Assembly (NCBI RefSeq): GCF_001194135.2
Contig: NC_068981.1
Span: 120,806,187-120,842,086 of the forward strand
Direction: 5' to 3'
Length of the DNA stretch: 35,900 nucleotides
Origin: Octopus bimaculoides
Taxonomy: Eukaryota
This document shows positions 24,020 through 33,918 of this stretch, piece by piece; position 1 is the stretch's first letter; the number at the start of each line of letters is the position of its first letter. Below the pieces are notes generated by a model. It searched no databases. It saw only the letters and a list, made by a program, of their open reading frames with translations, and was not told the origin of the DNA. Position numbers and translations under genes: made by a program.

Positions 24020-24584
24020 GTAGGTTGATATTCTGTATTGAAGTTTTTATTATGTACTAGCTTAAAAGCCACAATCTGTGCAAACTTTTGAGCTAGCTCC
24101 TGTGGAGGGCTAATTGAGCCCAGGGCCCAAAGCTAAAAGGATCTAAATAGCATGACAATGATACCTTCATAATGACTATATGCCCTCACTTCGTCCACCT
24201 TCTCCTGCTCCTCAGACTGTTCCATCTGTTGTTGATACCTCCATAATGACTATATGCCCTGGTGGTGTTTGATCAGAGATTAAGGACGGCTGAGAATTAA
24301 TTCTGTAATGCGATCAGTTTATTGTCCCAGTCTCAAGTTGAATTCCAACTGTTGGCCAATTTATAGAAATTCAAACTACAGGCTATTATTTTTTTTTTTC
24401 CGAAATCTCTGTGAGGGTTTGATAAATAAGTACTCACAGCCGTTTACTTGGGGAAGGAAGGGAAGGACGGAGGGAGGAAGGCATCCTCAGCTAGACCTAG
24501 CTCAAATTCTTGCAACAGAATGAACTCTTCTGAAAGACATCCAAAATGCCAGGTAGTGGCGTTACACTGGTTGATGGTCTAACT

Positions 24585-24815
24585 CTGTTAACCGAGCAGT
24601 CCTTGGTGGAATTTGAACTCAGAATGCAAGGCACTGAAAGAAACACCACAAAATATCTCATCCATGACCTTAGCATTTCTATTTGTTCACTGCTTTTGAA
24701 CAGTGATTCTGCAGAAATTGAACTCAAAACACAGGGTACCCCCAATAAATACTGCAAGGCATTTACTCCAATGATCCTACAATTCTATCCAGGTTGTCAC
24801 CTTTGGAAGAGAAAT
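24585..24815 (-). mobile_element. Two degenerate family-B-like SINE heads
   Basis: ccttggtggaatttgaactcagaatg and cagaaattgaactcaaaac are reverse-strand B-box motifs. Confidence 0.55.
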
Positions 24816-25355
24816 TAATTTCAAGAATTACAATTTGTGTGACAACCTTGATCAAACTAGAAATATAACAATTTAAGGAAGACACAAACTACAGAATTCA
24901 GTTCCAGTAAAGACTAGCTATTGCTGCAGTTGTTGTTTACTTCTGAATCAGTTCTGATTTATCAGGCCCTGTATCCAAGGAATGCCAATTAAGATGACCC
25001 TGCTCTTCCTTCCTTCCTTCCCTCCCTCCCTCCCTAGATATAATGCCTCTAGGCAGAACTGGTTTTAAGCCGATTACACAGATTGGGCCCCACACCAAGA
25101 GAGGGCCCTATGTACACACTTAAGCAAGGGACACTGATGAATTTTTAGTATATCATTGTAGCTAATGGTGGTTCCTCAAGCCCTTAATGCTTTTTGGTTG
25201 GGACTGGCATACATCATGAAGCCTAAAGCATCAATCTCCAGCTTTTGCAGAGTAGAGGCCCTCAATGACAATTCTGTAATTGGGCTTCACACTTCCTAAC
25301 GCTGGTCCTGTTCTAGGTCTACAGTCTCTAATATGTGCTTCCATTTTTTTTTCAG

Positions 25356-25460
25356 GTGATAACATCTCTTCACAGGCAGAAAATGACATGCTCTGTAGTA
25401 CATTAATGCTGTCCAATACCCAGCTGCCTGCAGCAAACTCTACTGGCAGTGTTACTAGCA
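25356..25460 (+). CDS. Possible cassette exon (105 nt, phase 1-1); uncertain
   Basis: Strong acceptor ccatttttttttcag|GT and open frame GDNISSQAENDMLCSTLMLSNTQLPAANSTGSVTS. However, the donor is weak (gca|gtagat) and the phases do not fit the flanking exons. Confidence 0.25.
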
Positions 25461-26069
25461 GTAGATTGGATCCTAGACAATTTGAGATTAACATACATAA
25501 AACTAGGATATAAATGCTAAAAGTACCCTTAAAACCCCTTGGGTGCTTTAGAAACATTTTATATACATTTATTGACATAAAATGCAATAATAAGACTAGT
25601 ATGAAAATCCTTAGGTCATATCACAAACCTCATGTCTAGTTTATCAGCTACTGTTGCTAAAATGGTTTACATGCAACTACATGAAAATTTCAATAATATA
25701 AATTAATGGATGGTGGTGTAGTTATTGGTGGAACTCGAAATATTAGTAGTTGATCTTGTTGCTGTTGTGTAACCTCAAGTCAGCCTTGATAATGCAGAGA
25801 TATGGCATGAAGGCAGTCAGCCAAATGAATGTGCAAGAAATAAATCTGATGAAGTTGACCCAAGATCAGATGTGTCAGAGCCTCAGTCTTCTTGTTTTAT
25901 TTTGAGACTCAGTACATAGCATATCTCAGGCTATGTTATCTAATGTATCTTTGCTTTTTTTTTCTTTCAAAGATGGTGCAATCTTATTTAGAGTAGATTT
26001 GGTCTCTACTTCTACAAGGTTGAGCAAATACATTGAGACTCTCTTATTGACTCTAACACCAATACTTTT

Positions 26070-26281
26070 TTTCAAATTTTGGCACAAGGTCAGCAATTTT
26101 GGGGGAGGGGGTAAGTTGATTACATTGACCCAGTTTTCAACTGGTACTTATTTTATTGATGCAGAAAGGATGAAAGGCAAAGTCAACCTCGGTGTAATTT
26201 CAACTCAGAATGTAATGATGGACGAAATGCTGTTCATCATTTTGCCTGATATGCTAACAATTCTGCCAGCTTGCTTGCCTT
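26070..26281 (-). mobile_element. SINE family B, solo copy
   Basis: ggcacaaggtc..caattttggggg...ctggtacttattt...gaaaggcaaagtcaacctcggt...tgctaacaattctgccagcttgc.gcctt. Confidence 0.85.
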
Positions 26282-26389
26282 TTCTCAAACACCAATATCA
26301 TTAGATGGTAATGTTAGGTGAGAAGGAAAAGTTACATATATTGAAAAACCATGTATATTGAAAAGTCATATGTATGGAAAAGTTATACC

Positions 26390-26770
26390 TTTTATCTTTT
26401 ACTTCTTTCAGTCAAATTGACCCTAGGACTTACTTGTTTTTGTTGTGAAGCTTGGTATTTACTCTATCAGATTCTTTTTGCTGAATTGCTAAGTTATGAG
26501 GACATAAACCAACACTGACTGTCAGGCAGGAATGGGGGACAAACTCATACAGAGACACACACACTTATGCATGCATTCACGCACGCACACACACACACAC
26601 ACACTTGCACACACACATGATGGGCTTCTTTCAGTTTCTATCTATTAAGTAAGTCCACTCACAATGCCTTGACCAGCCTGGGGATATAGTAGAAGACACT
26701 TACCTGAGATGCCACATGGTGGGACTGAAGCCAGAACTATGTGTTTGGAAAGCAAACTTCTTGCCCTATC
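26390..26770 (-). mobile_element. SINE family A, old near-full-length copy
   Basis: Collinear with 27107-27509, with many CpG losses and a deletion. Confidence 0.8.
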
Positions 26771-27009
26771 TCTTTAGTCTCAGTTTATCACAATTAGGAA
26801 TCTAGCTGGAAAGTGTAATGACTTGCTTCTGAAAGGACTCTGTGGAAGAGGTGCCTAAGGACTCTCCCTTCATGACCCTCACAAGAATAGTGGCCAGAGA
26901 AGATCGAAGGATGGGATTTAGTAAAATAACTTTGTGATTAGTAAGCTGGTGTTTGGAACATAAAGTAACATGAAATTTGGAAGAAAGGTTTTCATTTAGA
27001 TCACTTTAA

Positions 27010-27628
27010 CCCGTTAACATTTACATTATTCTGTCAAATGTAATGCTTATTTACTCATGTTATATTGAATTAATCTCACATTATCTTGTGGCTTTGAGAT
27101 TTCGATCTTATTACTCTTTTACTTGTTTCAGTCATTTGACTGTGGCCATGCTGGAGCACCGCCTTTAGTCGAGCAAATCGACCCCGGGACTTATTCTTTG
27201 TAAGCCTAGTACTTATTCTATCGGTCTCTTTTTGCCGAACCGCTAAGTTATGGGGATGTAAACACACCAGCATCGGTTGTCAAGCGATGGTGGGGGGACA
27301 AACACAGACACACAAACACACACACACACACATATACATATATACGACGGGCTTCTTTCAGTTTCCGTCTACCAAATCCACTCACAAGGCTTTGGTCGGC
27401 CCGAGGCTATAGTAGAAGACACTTACTCAAGGTGCCACGCAATGGGACTGAACCCGGAACCATGTGGTTGGTAAGCAAGCTACTTACCACACAGCCACTC
27501 CTGCGCCTTATGATCATTTATTTTTAGAATGACATTGTAGGGTATGTGAGAGAGACCAGATCTGGCTGGATTGAACATTGAACTGGTAGAATATTTTGGC
27601 TGGATATGGCTGTCTAAATGCTAAAGGG
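27010..27628. mobile_element. piggyBac-like MITE copy 2, split by a young SINE
   Basis: ttaa|cccgttaacatt ... aatgctaaaggg|ttaa with a perfect TTAA TSD. Confidence 0.85.
27107..27509 (-). mobile_element. Full-length young tRNA-derived SINE family A
   Basis: Minus strand reads aaggcgcaggagtggctgtgtggt (A-box), ggttcagtcc (B-box), a central (TG)n, gatagaataagtac, and tail ggtgctccagcatggccacagtcaaatgactgaaacaagtaaaagag. CpGs are retained. Confidence 0.9.
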
Positions 27629-27754
27629 TTAAAATAGGAAGTTTGTATTGTAGAATTAGGGTTGGGCTGAGGTGGGTTGTATCAAGTGTTGAAAAATAAA
27701 AAAAAAAAATTTAAAAACTCATAAACATTCAAGAAATTTTCAATTGTTTTGTAG

Positions 27755-28048
27755 GAGCCAAGTGAAGTACGTAATATGGATGCCTCAGCTGTGTCAAACA
27801 GCAATGCTAGTGATTTGCAGACAGATGTTGATGACAGCAGCAGTAGTCATTTGAATAGCCCTTCATCTCAACTGAAAGAAAAGGAACAGAAAGAAGAGAT
27901 GGAGGGGGAGGGTGGTGATGAAGCAGAAACTGTCCACACACGTATGTTTGTCAATGAGAAACAGAGAGAAATGAAACAAAAGTTTGAAGAGAAGCAACGC
28001 AATGAAGCACAGAAGCAAGCAATTTTAGAAAAAATGCAAAATAAATCG
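27755..28048 (+). CDS. Host gene exon (98 codons, phase 0-0): acidic/Ser-rich region plus coiled coil of a probable UBX-domain protein
   Basis: Acceptor ttgttttgtag|GAG and donor tcg|gtaggt. Stop-free EPSEVRNMDAS...EKQREMKQKFEEKQRNEAQKQAILEKMQNKS; 294 nt. Confidence 0.85.
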
Positions 28049-28360
28049 GTAGGTTGCTTGTTGTTGTTTGTTGTTGTTGTTTAGTGACAGGTCAGCTGTT
28101 ATTGAGCAGAACTATGGTCAAAGGCAGTCTAGTTGTGACTGTGACATCTTTCTAAATGTATCTAAGACTATGTTATCTAAAACGTCCTTTCTGTCTTTAT
28201 TTAAGATAGATAAGTGCAATTTGAGGGGCATTTGACCGTTGTTTCTAGTACTTTGGTCAACAGTATAGTTTTTTTTTTTGATGCTTAAATACTGAACTAA
28301 TTGTGTATAATTGTCTAAGTAGATTACAATTAATGAGAAGACTAGCATGTGTATATATAT

Positions 28361-28421
<61 letters not shown>

Positions 28422-29220
28422 AGTGTATAGGTGTTTGTGTCTCCTTGTCTTAACATTATGGATATTCTAAATAAGCGTCATTGTCAAACAAGCAATATTA
28501 TTCGTTTAAATTTTCCTAATCTCCTGTGAAAACATGTCTGGTCATAGGGATATATTACTTTGCTTGGAATCAAGCAATGATTGGAGACAGGATTAGGTAT
28601 CTGGATGTAGAATATTTGCCTCCAAGAATTCTGTCTGACCCATGCAAGCATGGAAAAACATATGTTAAAACAAAACATCAGAGTTTATAATAATATAAGT
28701 CACCTGACAACATTGGTCTCTCTATCTCTCCCTGACATCTACTTTCTTACAATAACCTTATTGCAATCATTAAACCCTCTGTCCTCAGTCACCCCTATTC
28801 ATTGCTATGGTTCAAGTATTCTTAGATAGCTGGTCTACTACCCTTCCATTCTTACTGTTAATTGCTCAGAAGAAATATTCACAAATATAATAGTAAAGAT
28901 AGTATTGAAAATACAAATAGATTATTAAAACAAAATTGTGGCAAAATAGAAATTGTAACTGCTAGGGATTTCTGAATCAACTTGAATTGTTATATTAACA
29001 CTATATGTGATGATATTGTGTTAATGGCCAAGTTGTAGTTGTAAAATGATCAAGAAATGAAATAAAAAAAAAAACCAATGTAAAAGTACATGTGTCTTTT
29101 AAACATGTATCGTGCCTTTATCTCAATGTAATTATTTCAGTTTCACCACATGATCTCAGATCAAGTCACTTGCTAGCTATATATATAACTCAGAAAACTA
29201 TAAATAATTATTTTTGTTAT

Positions 29221-29380
29221 AGCTCCATATCTCAAAGGTTAGAGCATTGGTCTTGTAAGCCAAGGTTTGTGAATTCAGTTCTTATTGGGGGCTTCATGGA
29301 GTCATTACTAGTGGGGCTCCAGCATGGCCACAGTCTTTGGGCTGAAACATATAGAAGGATAAGAGAGTAAAAGAATAAAA
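29221..29380 (+). mobile_element. Short SINE or pseudo-tRNA: tRNA-Thr(TGT)-like head plus family-A-type tail
   Basis: gctccata.ctca..ggttagagca.tggtcttgtaa.cca.gg..tg.ga.ttc...ct...tggggg aligns with a whole tRNA-Thr-TGT (anticodon loop cttgtaa) but has broken stems. It is followed by ggggctccagcatggccacagtc...gctgaaaca. Confidence 0.7.
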
Positions 29381-29780
29381 TGAACTCTGCATGGTACACA
29401 AACTTATTCAAATAGGCAAACTATTTTAGCCCCTTGCCTCTCTAAAGCATTTTCATTTGTCATAGACATCCATGCTTGTTTTCAGATTTTTAGTTAGCCC
29501 TTGTTTCAAATGTTCCAAGTCATATAAAGCCTTCCTTTCATAAATGCCAAGTCACTCTAGTAGTTGAAGAAAATTTGGGGATGTGTATCATATGATGCAT
29601 GGATGCCAGGGAGATATGTTGTGTGTGTCTCATGTGATACATAGGACAGGCAAAGAGTTAATTATACCAGACAGAAAGTAAAATTATTTTGGTCACCATC
29701 GATTACCCACACTGGTACTCATAGGGCTTTACACCCATATGCATGTACAAGCACAATGAAAATTCATCTACTGTTTAACC

Positions 29781-30098
29781 CAGGGGTTCTCAACCATTTT
29801 GTCTCCCTTTGATTCCTATTTTACTTGGATGGATCTCCGTAGTCATTCGATGTTTAAAAAATCCTATTGTATTTTTATAATTAAATATTAAGATTTGTAT
29901 AAAAAATGTTAAGACATTTTGTGTATTGTGGACATATAACTAGTTTTTTGTGCATAAACTTTACTGGTCTGAAGCACAAATTTTTATGGCCACTGAAGAA
30001 TTACTGTGGACGCCCAATTTACTATATTGCATCTGTGGATCCCCTAAACTCTTATATGGGTCCCCAGGGTTCAAATGGACCCTGGTTGAGAACTCTTA
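29781..30098. mobile_element. hAT (Charlie-like) MITE
   Basis: TIRs caggggttctcaacc / ggttgagaactctta (12/15) and an 8-bp TSD, gtttaacc (29773-80) / gtttaatc (30099-106). Confidence 0.8.
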
Positions 30099-30104
30099 GT
30101 TTAA

Positions 30105-30324
30105 TCTTTTAACATTCATATTACTCTGTCAAATGTCATGCCTGTTTATTCACATGGTTTTGAATTAATTAGGCATTATCTCATTGCTTCAAAATTTTGA
30201 CGAATGTTATTGTTTAATTTTAGAATGACATTATAGAGCATGTATGAGAAGCCAAATCTAGCAGGTTTGAACATAAAACAGGTACACTATTTGTGCAGGA
30301 TATGACTGAATTAAATGCTAAAGG
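30105..30324. mobile_element. piggyBac-like MITE copy 3
   Basis: ttaa|tcttttaacatt ... aatgctaaagg|ttaa; the interior is collinear with copy 2. Confidence 0.8.
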
Positions 30325-30347
30325 TTAAAATTTTTCTCTTATTGCAG

Positions 30348-30524
30348 GCACGTGAACTTGTATTGAAGCAAATTGCTGATGACCGGCAGCACCAGAAACT
30401 ATTACACTCCAGTCCAGTCTCGACCAACGTGACACCCCCAATAACACCGACAGCACTGCCGTCTATAAGTCCAGACCTTACTTCGGACAATGCAAATCAG
30501 TCCCCTCTCACCTGCAATGTCTTG
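30348..30524 (+). CDS. Host gene exon (59 codons, phase 0-0): ARxxVxxQIAxDR helix, Pro/Ser/Thr linker and probable first UBX strand
   Basis: Acceptor tttttctcttattgcag|GCA and donor ttg|gtaagc. ARELVLKQIADDRQHQKLLHSSPVSTNVTPPITPTALPSISPDLTSDNANQSPLTCNVL parallels UBXN1 (AARQRVREKIERDK..linker..CRIQVRL) and UBXN4 (AARERIKQQIALDR). The UBX domain itself is not in the window. Confidence 0.85.
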
Positions 30525-30957
30525 GTAAGCTATTATTCATTTTGTTTGTTCTTTCCCCTGTGTTGCCGTTTCTCTTAATTGGATTTACATCTTCATACAT
30601 ATCCTAGTTTGTTGATATCATTATTGGCTGCATTGTCATAGCACAACAAACGTATTCATCATAGTCACCATGGCAACTGAAAAGCATCACCCTGGTCACC
30701 ACAATCATCATAATCATTATCATAACTATCAATGTGACCTCCACCACTACCACCATTAACATATAATCACTGACATTTTGATAACCAACACTGTTATCAC
30801 CATCACCACAGTCATCATCAGCTCTCTATCTATTGTTGATATCACATCATAACCAGCAAACTCAACCATCAACATCATCACTATTACTACCTTGAAATAC
30901 CGTCACCAATTACTAGTAGCATCACTATCATCACCAATCTCTTTATTATTAGTATTA

Positions 30958-31135
30958 GGCAGGGGCATAGCCATGTGGTTAAGAAGTATACTTTCTAACC
31001 ACATGCTTTCAGGCTCAGTCCCACTGGGTGGCATCTTTGGCAAGTGTCATCTACTGTTATCCCCGGCTGACCAAAACATAGTGACTGGGTTTGGTAGACA
31101 GAAATTGAAAGAAACCCATTGTATTAATATATATC
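30958..31135 (+). mobile_element. SINE family A 5' half
   Basis: ggcaggggcatagccatgtggttaagaag...aaccacatg..ttcaggctcagtcccactg...tttggtagacagaaattgaaagaaaccc. Confidence 0.8.
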
Positions 31136-31149
31136 TATATCTATATTAC

Positions 31150-31790
31150 AATAAAATTTTATATCTTGGACATAGAATTACCCAAGGCTTTGAATCCACA
31201 AGGCCAAAGCCTTGTGAACAGCTCATCAGTCTCTATACAAAGATAGAAGTTTAACATTTCTACGGTGCGGACATAAGGAAATGCTCAGAAATCAAGAAAT
31301 ATGTCTTAACAAAAAAACGTTAATAAGGACAGATTCTCTCCTCTGAACCAGAGGAAACCCCAACTCTTATAGACCTGAAGAGGCCTAACCAGCAAATGGG
31401 GAGATCCAATTTTCCAGTAAGTAGCACTTGAAGTGGACACATTTAGAAAACACTTCTTTACGTCTATTTAATGCACCAGGTTCTGTATAGTCCTTTAGAA
31501 TTTTGGCTCTCTCTGTGATGCAGATCTTGCAACGGCCACTTCCATTAATATTTGGGCCTGGATGATCAATTAATTTCCACCTGATATCACACGGGGTCCA
31601 TTGATCTTTAAGGTGTCACACATGGTGGGCCAGGGATGTGACAAACCGTCTTTCTGGGACTCTGAAAGATGACTGGTGGTTAAGAAAACGTCTTTGAAAG
31701 AAGTACTGGCGGATCAAATATATTTACAAACATGAGATGTGGCCTGATTCACACCCCTGGTAACATATGGTGCGGGGCTGGTCATCCCTT
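31150..31790 (-). mobile_element. Penelope-like element 2: decayed GIY-YIG plus 3' UTR (a different family from element 1)
   Basis: Manual translation 31760->31400: KYI*SASTSFK/RFLNHQSSFR..SLAHHV*HLKD..WKLI...NGSGRCKICITERAKIL...LNRRKEVFSKCVH. This matches the YIG..FK.RF.NH..SF...LS.HVW.LK...C.LC..E...I...LN.R.E..SKC.H pattern of aquatic-invertebrate PLEs. Confidence 0.85.
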
Positions 31791-31809
31791 CAGTGTTGAA
31801 GATAATTAT

Positions 31810-32230
31810 TTAGTCATCATCTGTGGTGGTGGTACTGGGAATGCCAGATATCTCCTCCATGTCACTGGTCAGTTTTGGCATGATTTTTACAGCTGGATAC
31901 CCTTCCAAATGCCAACCACTTTACAATGTGGACTGGATGCTTTCTACATGGTACCAGCACTGGCAGGGTTACCAAGTAACTTGCAAGACAAAATATTTTC
32001 AGAGAGGAGGGGGCATTGGAGGAGGGGATATTGTGTCAGATGATGAAAGGTTACAGTATGACAGAGAGACAGGGTAGCAGAAACAGGTGTCTTCCTATAG
32101 AGGAGGGAGCCTGACCAGAGAGAGAGAGAAGAGGAAGAGACCTACTTTATATAAAAATGTATAAAAACACACACGACCCATTCCAGCATGGAAAATGGAC
32201 ATTAAACGATGATGATGATGATGATGATGA
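31810..32230. mobile_element. RTE 3' UTR scraps: minus strand about 31810-31990, plus-strand tail about 32170-32230
   Basis: tacagctggatacccttccaaatgccaaccact; ccagcatggaaaatggacattaaacgatgatgat. Confidence 0.65.
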
Positions 32231-32254
32231 TATACACACACACAAAAGAGAATT

Positions 32255-32405
32255 CTCTCAGATGTCTTACCAAATCCACTCACAAGGCTTGGGTCAGTCC
32301 AAAGCTACAGTAGAAGACACTCACCCAAGGTGCCATGCAATGGGACTAAACCTGGAACCTGTGTGGATGGGAAGCAAACTTCTTACCACACAGCCATGCC
32401 TCCTT
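32255..32405 (-). mobile_element. SINE family A 5' half
   Basis: ccaaatccactcacaaggct...gtagaagacact..ccaaggtgcca.gcaatgggact...cttcttaccacacagcca. Confidence 0.85.
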
Positions 32406-32674
32406 TTACTGAATACAGTCTAGAATGAGTTCACTGCATTAACCTATTGCTTCTCAAACTGTCAAATGTAAGCCTTTCCCCTCAAAATATATTAGTGAAC
32501 ATTTTTTACCACTCCACTTATTATTAATTAATGAGACGACAAAATAGCATTTGCATTCAATTAATCCTTTTTTCTTTATAATGGTGTTGGACATGATAGC
32601 AAAATTTGTAANNNNNNNNNNNNNNNNNNNNNNNNNNNNNNNNNNNNNNNNNNNACTACCCGTGACCTGTTGGG

Positions 32675-32950
32675 TCACCAATAGTTCAAGGTACCTGAAA
32701 AAACTGCATATCTCAGTAACCCATGGTCTGATTTATGCGAAACTTGTTTTATTGCGTTTGTATTCACATGAGCATCCAATTCATGACGTCTTCTGCTTTT
32801 GCTCGTTTCCCTCTGTTTTGCCAGATGCTCAGCTCTCTGAGCTGATCTCTCCTGCTTCTGTCTCTTTTCCCTCTGTTCTGCCAGATGCTCAGCCCTTGCT
32901 TTATCAGTCTCATCAATCCTTCTATTCGCATGCCTGTCTCGATCTTGGGT
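32675..32950 (-). pseudogene. Probable Helitron N-terminal (STPR-like, Arg/Glu-rich repeat) coding fragment
   Basis: DRDRHANRRIDETDKARAEHLAEQREKRQKQERSAQRAEHLAKQRETSKSRRRHE, with a 60-nt (20-codon) internal repeat at 32808/32868. It resembles the E[ST]xxxRxxRL repeats at Helitron RepHel N-termini. Confidence 0.45.
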
Positions 32951-33705
32951 AAATATTTCATAAAGAACCTGTTTGTACTTCGGTGTGAAATGATTTTTTT
33001 CACGGGTTTTTCCAAGTGGATTCAATGTATCTCACCACCAAACCCACCGTTAGGCACTTTTTTCTGGAAAAGAAAAGGGGGTGCGATGGTGGGGGGCCTT
33101 GGAATTTCCCGGGAAAACCAGCAAAGTTTTGTTTTGTGAGTTTTCTTTTCCAAGTTATTTCACATGCTTTCAACGAATATGACATCGAAATCACATGTAA
33201 ACGGCTCCTTTCCCCAGAAATGGGAAGATTTGGTCACTATTTCTTGCATGCCTTGCTACCATGTAACAGGTATTTCAGGTCCTTTATTACAAATAGCTGT
33301 TACATGGTAGCAGACTGTGCTAGAAATAGCACTCTTTCACTCTCCCCTTTCATCTTTACAGCTCTGTTGGACATTTTCTATTGTGTTACTTATACATATG
33401 TCTTGTCTTGCCTCAGAGCCCTATGACCTTTGTTTTGTTTGCATAAAATAATATATTTTGCAGATTTACATTTATACTCATGTCATATTCATAGCTGTTT
33501 TATCATTGTCATCAATGTCCTCTCACTATTCCCAACAGCTTTTCACTGTTGATGCCATCAAAAATGAACAATATTATTATTAAAGGCATGAAATTGTAAT
33601 GATTGTTTTAGATAACTGACGAGGGAGGAGCATGTCCATGTCTTGTGTGTGAATTTTCTGTTCATTCCTTGTCATGGTTCTGTTTAATTTTTGAAACTTT
33701 ATATA

Positions 33706-33918
33706 CAGTGTGTCCACAAAAACACTCCCAGCTGCGTTGCTGTGGGGTGGTGGCCATCTTGGATTTCCTTCTGCTCACATCAAAGATGGTAAGTCACCAG
33801 AAAATAAAAGAAAATATTATTGTTAGGGAATCTGTGGATAACATATTTATCAATTTATTTGAATTACTTTAGATACCATAGCATCATGATATCAGGGAGT
33901 GTTTTTGGGGACACCCCA
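33706..33918. mobile_element. Tc1/mariner-type MITE (213 bp)
   Basis: ta|cagtgtgtccacaaaaacactccc ... gggagtgtttttggggacacccca|ta: 24-bp TIRs (20/24) with a TA TSD. Confidence 0.8.

Noticed and set aside
25780-25920. Exon-like frame LDNAEIWHEGSQPNECARNKSDEVDPRSDVSEPQSSCFILRL
   Set aside because: Its 5' part resembles the degenerate repeat also seen at about 28075-28140, the acceptor is poor and there is no good donor.
29221-29293. Functional tRNA-Thr(TGT) gene
   Set aside because: The anticodon, T and acceptor stems have several mismatches, the B-box is degraded, and a SINE tail follows instead of a T-run terminator.
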